Of a stretch of 64,000 nucleotides of DNA, positions 48,323 to 64,000 are shown piece by piece. Location of the stretch: contig CM022676.1 of assembly GCA_012295275.1 (NCBI GenBank), positions 3,472,001 to 3,536,000 of the forward strand, written 5' to 3'. Below the pieces are notes generated by a model that was given only the letters and a program-made list of their open reading frames with translations, was not told the origin of the DNA and did no database searches. Source of the DNA: Chrysomallon squamiferum (Eukaryota; Animalia; Mollusca). Positions within the stretch are counted from its first letter, which is position 1. Each line of letters starts with the position of its first letter. Both the position numbers and the translations under genes were made by a program.

Positions 48323-48692
48323 AAAAAAAATAACAGAAAGCATAAAAGTTGTGGGCCAAATGTAAAACCGCTGACACGCAGTCACTCCTCTGCCTGTTTT
48401 AATGCACGAGCTGTTGTTCAATAAAATATAATTATTATTAGCTTTTGTTTTTTTTGCTTGTATTCATAAATACATAACCAATTTTTTTCATATGTACCAA
48501 CGTTTTCCTGCGCACCAAGTGCTATACCGTTATTTTAATGTGAATTGCAATGGTCGTTTAAAAGTTTTATTATCATTTTTTTTTTTTTTTTTTTTAATTT
48601 ATATTCTTTATTCAAATTACTGTGGAATCGCACTCAAACCGTTTCAGGTAATCGTAATAATAATGACGACGATGATGACGATGATGATAATG

Positions 48693-48744
<52 letters not shown>

Positions 48745-49003
48745 GAAGAAGACGAAGAAGAAGAAGAAGAAGAGGAAGAGGAAGAAGAAGAAGAAGAAAA
48801 AGAACGACAATAAATGATAATGATTATAATAATAACAAGAATAATAAATTATGACGATGATGATAATAATTTTAATATTAACAATAGCAGCAGCAATAGT
48901 AACGTTAATAATGACGATGATCAGTAATAATAGTAACAATAATAATAACAATAATAACAATAATGATAATAATAATCATGATGGTGATATTAACAACAAC
49001 AGT

Positions 49004-49045
<42 letters not shown>

Positions 49046-49435
49046 TACAATACGATGACAATGATAACGACGATGATGATAAAAAAAAACAACATAAAAA
49101 CGAGAGTATTAAAACTAAAGAAGAGATGAAAGAAATATCGCGTCCTGTATACCAGTGCACTGACAGACAACTCTGACACTTGAAAGAAAGAAGAAAGCAA
49201 ACAGTCGAAGGACAAACAACACGTCTCGGGTGTCACGTGACGTTTAAACCTGTGAATTCAAGAGACGTGCTTAACACAGTCGATGTTTTTAAATCACAAC
49301 ATTTCATTCGCCGTTGAGAGATTTTTCACAAAGCATCGTTAACCCATGAGTCAGTGTTACAAAATATCATGCGTCTAAATTTCATCTTCTTCATTTCTTT
49401 TAATTTTTTTTTTTTTTTTTTTTTTTTTTAGGTTG

Positions 49436-49537
49436 CAATTATGTCTTATTTTTATAATTATGTCGTATTTTTGTAATTATGTCTTATTTTTGTGATTATG
49501 TCTTATTTTTGTAATTATGTCTTATTTTTGTAATTAT
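49436..49537. repeat. 19-bp tandem repeat (AATTATGTCTTATTTTTGT) x5
   Basis: Directly visible. Confidence 0.9.
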
Positions 49538-49861
49538 TCAACCTTGCTTTTTCTTATACTGAAAGCAAGGTTCAGCTTCATATAATGCCATACCACGCCA
49601 TACTATGAATTATCACAACCTACCATACCTTAGAAATACCATGTCAAATTATGTCGTGCCATACCATACCATAACCTTACTATGCTATATAACACATATA
49701 AATAACCATTTCATTTTATTATTTATAAAATAATAAAAGAAAAAAAAATATGAAGAAAACAACTGAAGAACAAAACTTTTTATCAATATTTTTTTTTAGA
49801 TATATATTTACATTTTTTATTTTATTTAATTTATCTATCTATCTATCTGTATGTATATGTA

Positions 49862-49898
<37 letters not shown>

Positions 49899-50209
49899 GT
49901 TTGTTTGTTTGTTTGTCTTAGATATATTGCTATTTACTTAAATCAACATGTGTGTTTTATTCGTACTGTTTGTCGATTTGAAGTGTAAAGTTAGCTCACA
50001 TCAAATCAGCTCTAACATGTGTTAGACAAACAATACATTTTTAACTGTACCTCGTAAAACTGATCAATGCATCCACATCTTGATGTTTGAAACACTCCTG
50101 TAGCCACACTGATCCATACCATACAGTGACATGCAGCGTCATACAGTGACACAGAATTACATACCATATAATACCTTAATGCTAAACCATGCTACATCAT
50201 ACGCTGGAA

Positions 50210-50402
50210 TGCCATACCATACCATACCATACCATACCATACCATACCATACCATACCATACCATACCATACCATACCATACCATACCATACCATACCAT
50301 ACCATACCATACCATAACCATACCATACCATACCATACCATACCATACCATACCATACCATACCATACCATACCATACCAACCATGCCATACCATACCAT
50401 AC
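50210..50402. repeat. (CCATA)n pentanucleotide microsatellite with degenerate flanks extending ~49580-51060
   Basis: Directly visible; it produces the spurious YHTIP/WYGMV ORFs. Confidence 0.95.
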
Positions 50403-52016
50403 TGCAGTTTGGAATCATATACTAAACAATGCCACGTCATACGTTGGAATGAGATACCATGAATGGCATACCATGCCATATAAACACCATAATACCTAAC
50501 CATGCCATGCCACGTGGTGAAGTGTCATGACATGCCATGATACACCATTACATACCATATCATTCTGTATACTACTATTATATTAACGCAGCAGTAGCAT
50601 GTGGTTATATATCACATACAGCAATGCCATATATAATAATAATAATAAACCATGCCAAGCCGTATGGCGAAATGCTATAATAATACAGTCATAATGCTAA
50701 ACTTTGCCATACTATACGGTTCCATGCCACATCATTTCATATCATCTGATGCCATGTAATACCGTAACACGCAGACGATACTATATGACACAATGCCATA
50801 CAATCTCACACCATACCATACCATACACTACTATAAATTGCCACGATTTACCGTAATAGTATAATAATATTACGTCATGCTACATCGTATCATTTCCATA
50901 CCATAGACTGACACAACTGTTACTGTGTTAACACACATTGTCATAGGTATGTCATTATAATACGTCTATGCCATATCACACCACCCCGTACCCCGTATGA
51001 TGATATACCATACCATACGTTACCGTGATATACCATACCATACGATACCACATCACACCACACGAAGGCATATATAACGACTCCAGGCAAGTCATGAAGC
51101 ACTACCCTATCTACCATCACTACTATTACTACAACAACAACTACTACTGCTGCTACTACTACAACAACTACTACTACAGCTTCGCTACTACTACTGCTTG
51201 CAGCTGCTAATACTACTATTACAGCTGTTGCTACCACTACTACTACAACTATTACTACTACTACTACAGAACTACTACTGCTACTACTACTGCTACAGCT
51301 ACTACTACTATTACTACAACAACAGCTACTACTACTATAATTATTATTCTTGTTAATTCAAGTACAAAAAAAAAAAAAAAAAAAATATCCACGATACTAT
51401 TTTACTCTTTACGAGCAGATGTCAGAATGTAAAATCTACTGCAGAGTAATGGAAAATTTATTCATGCGCAGATATATCAATACTGTTGGCTGGTTATTAA
51501 AAAAAAAAAAAAAAAAAAGAAAGAAAGCGAGAGCGACACGTATTGCTTAGAAATGAAAGTGGTGACATATGTACAGCAGCATACAACACGATTTTTAAAG
51601 TAATAAGTGTATGATAATCTACGTAGGCGTCGCAAATATCAAATATATTGCAAGCTCCTCGCTGGTTTCATTTGCTGGACGGAGCAACATTGGAAACAGG
51701 CGGCTTTCTTTGAACTTACTGGATAAAACTTTCGCGAAGATAGAAAAAAAAAAAAGAAAAGAAAAAGAAGAAGAAGAAGGTGAGTTACAGATGTGCACGT
51801 GGCTTCAGTAAAGTTGTAGATATTCCGGGTTATCGATGATACATTTAGAAAAACAAACAAACAAAAAACAAAAAAAAAGACCTAAAAAAAAAAAACATGT
51901 TTAATTCTTATTATTAATCGTATTTGGTTTTTTTTGTTTTTTTTTATCTTTCTCTTGTTTAATCCCAAACTATTTATTGTCTAGATTACTTTTTAACCAT
52001 TCACAGTTAATGTACG

Positions 52017-52074
<58 letters not shown>

Positions 52075-52307
52075 CATGCTTTGCATGTGTGTGTGTGTTT
52101 GTGTGTCGTGCGTGTTATTGTCACTTTATTATCGAACGTATCTATAGAAACAATAGGATTGCGTAACGGGTCGTTCAGTTGATTAATTAATTAATTTATT
52201 TCATTGATTGATTGAATTATTATTTATTTGATTATTTTTGATTTTAACTGACACTACTACTCAACAATGTTGTGGCTACTGTTGTTGTTGATCTTGTTGT
52301 TGTAGAT

Positions 52308-56682
<4,375 letters not shown>

Positions 56683-56688
56683 ACATGT

Positions 56689-56919
56689 CAAAAAGACATC
56701 AAGTCGTTTCAAAAAGATAACAAATCGTTTCAAAGAGATATCAAATCGTTTCAAAAAGACATCAAATCGTTTCAGAGACATCAAATCGTTTCAAAGAGAT
56801 ATCAAGTCGTTTCAAAAAGACATCAAATCGTTTCAAAAAGACATCAAGTCGTTTCAAAAAGACATCAAATCGTTTCAAAGAGATATCAAGTCGTTTCAAA
56901 AAGATATCAAATCGTTTCG
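56689..56919 (+). repeat. 21-bp tandem repeat (AAAAAGACATCAAATCGTTTC), ~11 units, immediately after the gene 4 stop
   Basis: Directly visible; one unit is shortened. Confidence 0.93.
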
Positions 56920-58394
56920 ATGTATTTAATCCGGTATTTCGCTGTTCTACATTACATTTTTTGAACATATTTTTCTTTATTATTATTATTATTATAATTG
57001 TTGTTGTTATCATTATCATTATCATTATTATTATCATTATATATAAATATTTTAGAAGATGGGTTCTTCGATTATTTGTTTTCGTTATACATAAGTGTCA
57101 ATAAAAAACAAAAATCTTAATTAATATCTTTTATTCTATTTGATATTACTCTATTTTCTTTTTAGTTATTTTTTTCTCCCTTTTCTTCATTTCCCTTCTT
57201 TTGCTTTCTTTTTCTTTTTCTTTCTCTTCTATTCTACTAATTCTGTTTATTATTTATCATTCCTATTTTAACCAGAGAGTACGAATCGAAAAGGCACTGT
57301 CTGATATAGACCGCATGACTTGTAAATATATTGTTTTTAATGCCTAAAGATACTTGAATATTTTCATGTGCGAACAAACTCATGGTAAGGCTCGTAATCT
57401 CTGAATGACCAAGATGGTCAAATGAAAATAAACAGTCTATATGCAACAGCTTGTTTTAAATGTCTCTTTTGCTGTGCTTCTCTATCTGATTTGTTGTTGG
57501 TTTTTTTTTATCTGCTTTTTATACCACTGTTTAAAATTGTTCTAAAATAACTGGTACACCGCATCTATAACTACTACTATTACTACCACTACGACTACCA
57601 CTACTACTCCTACTACTATTACTACCACCAATACCACTACTACTACTTCTACCACCAATACTACTACTACTACTACTACAACTACCATTTTCACCAATAC
57701 TATTACTACTTCTATACTACTACTACTACTACTACCTCTACTACTACTACTACTATTACTACAACTACCATTATCACTACTACTACTTCTACTACTACTA
57801 TTACTACTACAACTACCATTATCACTACTACTATTTCTACAACTACCATTATCACTACTACTATTTCTACCACCGATACTACTACTACTACTACTACTTT
57901 TACTACTACTATTACTACTATACTACTAGCTATACTGCTCCATTTGTTTCTGCTTTTTCTGGTTGCACTAAAATAGATGTAGTTCTAGTGGTAGTAATAA
58001 TGATGCAAAAGTAAAATGATTAACATACAATTTCTAATCATCTCGATATTGAAGATTACAATCTTGGGATGTTAGCGAATAGACACCATACGTTTGAGTG
58101 TTTGTGGAGATTTTTCATAATTAAATAATACATGCGACTTACCATTATTTTCGTTTCACCTTTACAACAACTGCTGTCAGATAATGATGGATCTTTCACT
58201 TGAGATAAAGTGTCAAGACAATGAGTATGATTAGGTTGTCTGAAATATTTAGGAAATCTGTAGATTGCCTAATTATACACATTGACTGTTATAGTAATAT
58301 ACGTACGTATGTATGTATGTATATATTTATGTGTGTGCGTGTGTGTACGTACGTATGCATATACGTATATATATATATATATATATATATGTAT

Positions 58395-58474
<80 letters not shown>

Positions 58475-58535
58475 ATGTATCTATATATGTTTTTATGTAC
58501 ATATGTATCTATATTTGTATGTATGTATGGGTGTT

Positions 58536-58579
<44 letters not shown>

Positions 58580-58904
58580 GGATGTATAATTCTGATTAAT
58601 CACATACTGACATTTCAGAGTGCAAGTGAAGAGAAACAAGAAAACAATAGTTTATACAGAGAAATACCAAGATAGAAAAACTGGAAGAAATTAAATTATT
58701 TTTTTTTATTTATGATTTGTTTGGTGTCTGGCAAATTAATATGAATCTGTTGTGCGTAATTTATCTATCTACATCCATCATATGATATCATCGTAACGGT
58801 GAAAAAAAGAAAAAGAAGTAAGTAAATAAGTAATTAAGTAAGTAAATAAATAAATAAATAAGAAGTTTGTTTGTCCGTTTTAATTTCTGTCTGTACCTAC
58901 CTAT

Positions 58905-59004
<100 letters not shown>

Positions 59005-59084
59005 GTTAACTATTTATATCTGTATTTACGATACACACTCAAGGAACGTATGTTTAAAATGCTTGTAGCAGAAACCGATTTTGT

Positions 59085-59635
59085 ATGTGTATTACTAATA
59101 TTTAAATTTACCTATCTTCACAGTACACTGTTCAATTACATTGGTTTACGTTTATGTTAAGTAATTTTGAATTATTTGTGCTTACTTTATGTTAGTCTGA
59201 TGAATTAATTATTTATATATGTTTACGTTACCCTGTTTGAATTAGACTTACGTTTACTTTACACTATTTGAATTATATTTACGTTTATGTGAGGTTTTGA
59301 ATTACTTATATTAACGTTTATGTTACAATGTTTGAATTACATTTACGTTTATGTTGGACTTTGAATCACTTATATTTACGTTTATGTTACATTGCTTGAA
59401 TTACTTAAGCTTAAATTCAGATTTATTTGTTTTTTTTTTAATCTTTTAAATTACTTTTGTTTACACTACAATTTGAATTACTATTGTTTACCAGTATGTT
59501 CTACACTTTTGAATTATTTACGTTCAACATTACAATTTGAATTACTTATGCGTTATTTACGTTATTTACGTTCACACTGCGATTTGAATTATTCGTGTTT
59601 ACGTCTTAATTAAACCTTTTTCAATTACTTGTATA
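59085..59635. repeat. Degenerate AT-rich ~30-35 bp tandem repeat (TTTGAATTACTTATATTTACGTTTATGTTAC-like)
   Basis: Recurring ttgaatta and tttacgtttatgtt blocks. Confidence 0.75.
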
Positions 59636-60138
59636 ATTCAGGTATTAAGTTCTACAAATAGTTTTGAATCTATTAATTGATGTTTACATGTGCAGTGTAT
59701 TGACTTTTCCTAGAAACGATAAAGTATTCAATTAATTACCATTAACTTACGTTCATCGCGATTCTCGTATTTGTAAACTTCTAATTCAAATTGCTCGTGT
59801 TTCCTCTATGACTATTGTTGTGTATTCTGTCAACTGATTTGATTTATTAAACATTGTCCATACCTAGCAGACGATTTTGTGTTTCTCTGAACGATCGTCT
59901 TTGAATCATGATGTTTGAAATAAAGACTGCATATACGCAAATTACGCACTTACACGTCTTATTAATTTTATAAATTATTTTGTTTCCGATATATATATAC
60001 ATACATAACCTATCTGTATATCTGTCTGTCTCTCTGTTTATATATGTATGTATGTGTATATATATCTATGTATATATGTAACTATGTGTCTGTCTGTTTG
60101 TGTATCTAAAAATCTGTCCACACACACACATATTATTA

Positions 60139-60221
<83 letters not shown>

Positions 60222-62918
60222 TATTAATTAATTTATTTATCTATTTATTTACTTATTGTTGTTGGTAACATAAAATCGTGTTATTTTATTATTACTCATG
60301 GATTTTAAGCTCAGTGTCTGTCCATCATCTGTCCACAGTTTCTGATCTTACTAAGATTGATATTACAGTAACGCCCCTCTGCCCCACCCACTAGTACCGC
60401 CCTTGAGCATCTGTAACACTGTGTATAATTATTATATTTCCTACCCTCAGCTTGTGCAAAACTTTCATTCATTTTTAAATACTTTCTTTATTGTCCAGTT
60501 CCTTCTTTCCCCACCACTAGAACTGCCCGTTAATTATTTTTAAAGGTTTTAAAAAAAACCAGATATTCCATTCTCAATCTCTTTGTCCACAATCATACAT
60601 GTCGTTATTTATTAAAACATTCCATGCACACACACAAAGCTTCGTTTATTTTTCTCTGACTCCAAGCCCTTCCCCACCAGCACTGTCATTAATTATGACG
60701 TAATTTTATGCAGAGACGTAATTTTATGCAGAGACGTCATATTTTCCTCTCCCTCTCCCCCTCATCCCTCTACCAAAACAGCCGCATCTGAAGAAAGTGG
60801 ATACACAAAAAATATCAAAGTGGATGACCGACCACGTGATGTCCGACGGAGAAAAGCTGAACTGATTTCCAGTGAGAGAAAAGAAAAGAAAAGAAAAGGA
60901 AAGGAAAGAAAAGGAAAGGTGCCACGTGTTTCCACTAAAACGTGACGATGTTCCACGGATCAATTGGGTCCTGACGTTGTAATCCGTAATCTGCCGGATT
61001 AAGAGATGAACACACACGCTTGAGATATTAATCAATGCACATGATGATGGTGTCAGTGTGAACGCTGTGTGGATGTCGAAGTGCGCCGTCGTCGCCGGAT
61101 TTGGAGACACGTGTTCGGGTGATAAAACTATTATGTTGTTGTAGCGTTGTCGGAGATAAGAGATATGCAGTCGTTGGCGTTGATGTTGATGTAAACATTA
61201 ATGACGATGAAGATGATGATGATGATGTTTGATATCGGTGATAATGAAGTTAAAGATTATTTTAAAAACGCGCACAGTCACACACAGTTATATACATACA
61301 TATATATGTGTGTGTGTATGGGTGTGTGTGTCTGTGCGTGTGTGCGTATATACATAAATGTGTATATATGATTTATGTGTGTTTATATACATATATGTAT
61401 GTATGTATGTATGTATATATATATATATATGTATATATTTATAAACACATGCATAAATGCAGACACGCTCACGCACACATACATACATACACACAGACGC
61501 ACAGACACGTATATAAGTAAAAACACTTACGTGTCTGTACATACAAAAACAAAAACAAAATTGTTTTTCATATTACACATCGTTCATTGTAATGCTTCAG
61601 ATTTTCACAATATATTCCCCAATATAAATCCATAAAATGCTGAGACTAAACATAAAGCATATGAAATGCATATAATAAAATCATAAAGTGAAAACCATAA
61701 AGTGAATATGCGCGTTCCATATACAGACATGCGTATATAAATGTGTGTGTATGCGTGTGCGTGTATGTATGTATGTGTGTCTCTCTCTTTATCTACCTAT
61801 CTATATACAGATCGAGAGAGAGAGAGGAATTTTTTTTTTATATATGTACCGAATCATTTGTCGCATTACTTAATACAGGATAAATATATACTTAAAATAT
61901 AAAATAAACAACGAAAAAAAAAAACAAAACAAAAAAAACAACAATGATACTGTATTTAACAGATACAAATTAATACACTGTTAAAACAAGGTTTGTTTGC
62001 TTTTTGTTAATCCGTTAAAATTATTAAGATACGTTTACAGATGTTTATGATAGACGTACAAATTAACGCTCTTCTGAATGCACTTAAAGTTCTAATATAA
62101 ACGAGAAAGAAAGAAAGAAGGAATGAAAAAAAAAGAAAAGAAGATAAAAACAGACACTCAATACAAAACAAAGCTGTTATTTGCTACAGAGCGATGGTTT
62201 TCTAGATGAAGGGAGACAACCTGGATCTAAAACTGCATCAGGGGTTATTTCCCTTGTCTTGGATTCTTAATATTAAGGAACGAAATGTGTAAAAGTGGGA
62301 AATATGTCAGTAAGTATGTAATGCAATATAAAATAAATACTAACTAACGAACTGACTAATTAACCAACTAACTAACCAACTAACTAACTAACTAACTAAC
62401 TAACGAAATACAAAATCAAATAGTGATAATAATTATTACACTAACAGGGTGAAGAAGAAGAAGATGATGATGACGAAAAATAAAATATCTGTTTATTTCT
62501 TGTCGTCCTGGACAACTGTAATAATTGAGAAACTGTACTGAGATAGTGACGTCATTCTGAGCCTGTACTGAGACAGTGACGTCATTCTGTTCTGAAACTA
62601 AAGTAAAGAAATCGACAAATGATAGACTTATCTAGACAGGACAGAATGCAGTTTCCTAAACCAGATACACACACAGTGGCAGACACTCACACAGACACAT
62701 ATACACACATGCATAAGATATACATAAACACATACACACAGACTCACACAGATACACACACACATATATACTCACATACACACATACACACATCCAAGAT
62801 ACACAGGCAAACAAACATATAAACACACATACATACATACATACATTCACACAGACACATACAGATACACACACATACATACATAAATATACGTACAATC
62901 AAAGAGAGACACAGCCAG

Positions 62919-62949
<31 letters not shown>

Positions 62950-63269
62950 TACATACATACATACATACATACATACAAACATACATGCACACACATACAA
63001 AAAAGTGATACTGCAGAAAATAATGTCAGTATTTTCGGGAAGACAGTCACTGATAAAGTAGTGTTAAATACAGTCTCATCCTCCGTGCGTCCGTCCACAA
63101 CACACATCTATAAATCCATCCATCCATCCACCAATCCGTCCATCTGTCTAACCTCCAACACGTACGTACATCCACACACCATCCATTCATCCGTTCATCT
63201 TCAACCATCAACACACACACACACACACACACACACACCCACACACCACACACACCACACCCACACACC

Positions 63270-63537
63270 AGTCAGTCCAAACCTTCTTGTCCCTTCGTCT
63301 TCCATCTTTCCAGTCAAGGCGACGTTTTTAATCTTCCGTCTATTTTGATTAGTCGTGTATCCCCAGCGATTAACGAACATCAACGGTTCAAACACAGGCA
63401 TTAGCAGTTTATTTCGGTTCATAATCAACGACTTGTGGGCAATAAAAATATAACATCGGCTCTGGCCCTGTCTGCTTCGGTGTAGCACCCGCTTGTTTTT
63501 AATCAGTCTGTCGACTGGGGCTAGACAGGGCAATGGC
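63270..63537 (-). CDS. Candidate exon of a gene extending beyond the right edge
   Basis: Non-repetitive stretch with one open frame (PLPCLAPVDRLIK...RRFGLT) between tttacaag and G|gtgtgt; no recognisable domain. Confidence 0.2.
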
Positions 63538-63842
63538 TTGTAAACCGTGTTAAAGAATGATGATTGTAAGTAATAAAATAATAATTTGAAAATAAAAAAG
63601 TAAAAAAATAAAAAAAAAATAATAATATACTAAAAGAAAAAAAAAAATAATAGACTAAAAAAAATAAATAAATAATATATTAAAAAAATAAAAAATAAAT
63701 AAATAAAAATAAAAATACAATAATAATAAAAATAAAAAAATAAACAAGAAATAAAACGTATGATGAGATGATGTTAATAATAATAATAATAATAAGTATA
63801 TATATATATATAAACTTTTTAAAAGGATTTATAGACAGATGG

Positions 63843-63910
<68 letters not shown>

Positions 63911-64000
63911 AAAATAAAAACAAAAAAAAAAAAAAAAAAACCGGAAAAGAGCAAAAACAGCAAAATAAACATTAGAGCACAAAAAAAAAAAAAAACAAGA

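Noticed and set aside
50131-50503. YHTIP / WYGMV repeat proteins
   Set aside because: These come from the (CCATA)n microsatellite.
60724-61140. GC-richer stretch with a 128-aa ORF
   Set aside because: Interrupted by a (GAAAA)n tract, no domain or consistent splice sites; more likely regulatory or UTR.

Overview
AT-rich, microsatellite-saturated eukaryotic genomic DNA from an invertebrate animal, most likely a mollusc (VWA+chitin-binding gene, CUB expansion, Meta-type SINE remnant). Almost all ORFs in the supplied track are translations of simple repeats. Joining GT-AG exons by hand with phase checking gives four spliced genes. (1) Minus strand 16652->4864, 8 exons, ~726 aa secreted protein: signal peptide, lysozyme/lytic-transglycosylase-like domain with Gln at the expected catalytic Glu, VWA domain with intact MIDAS, unknown beta-rich domain, three chitin-binding type-2 (CBM14) domains. 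(2) Plus strand 19791->26821, 11 exons, ~479 aa type I membrane protein with 3 CUB domains. (3) Minus strand 43238->29259, 17 exons, ~700-713 aa type I membrane protein with 5 CUB domains, convergent with gene 2. (4) Plus strand 52308->56682, 5 coding exons, ~210 aa secreted Cys-repeat protein. The most unusual signals are the domain architecture of gene 1, two intronic copies of the VWA exon end that diverge mainly at synonymous sites, a tandem array of splice donors in gene 3, a CAGGTA site cluster, and a dispersed ~30-bp quasi-palindromic motif at 45.2-47.3 kb. No searches were run; family calls rest on motif recognition.
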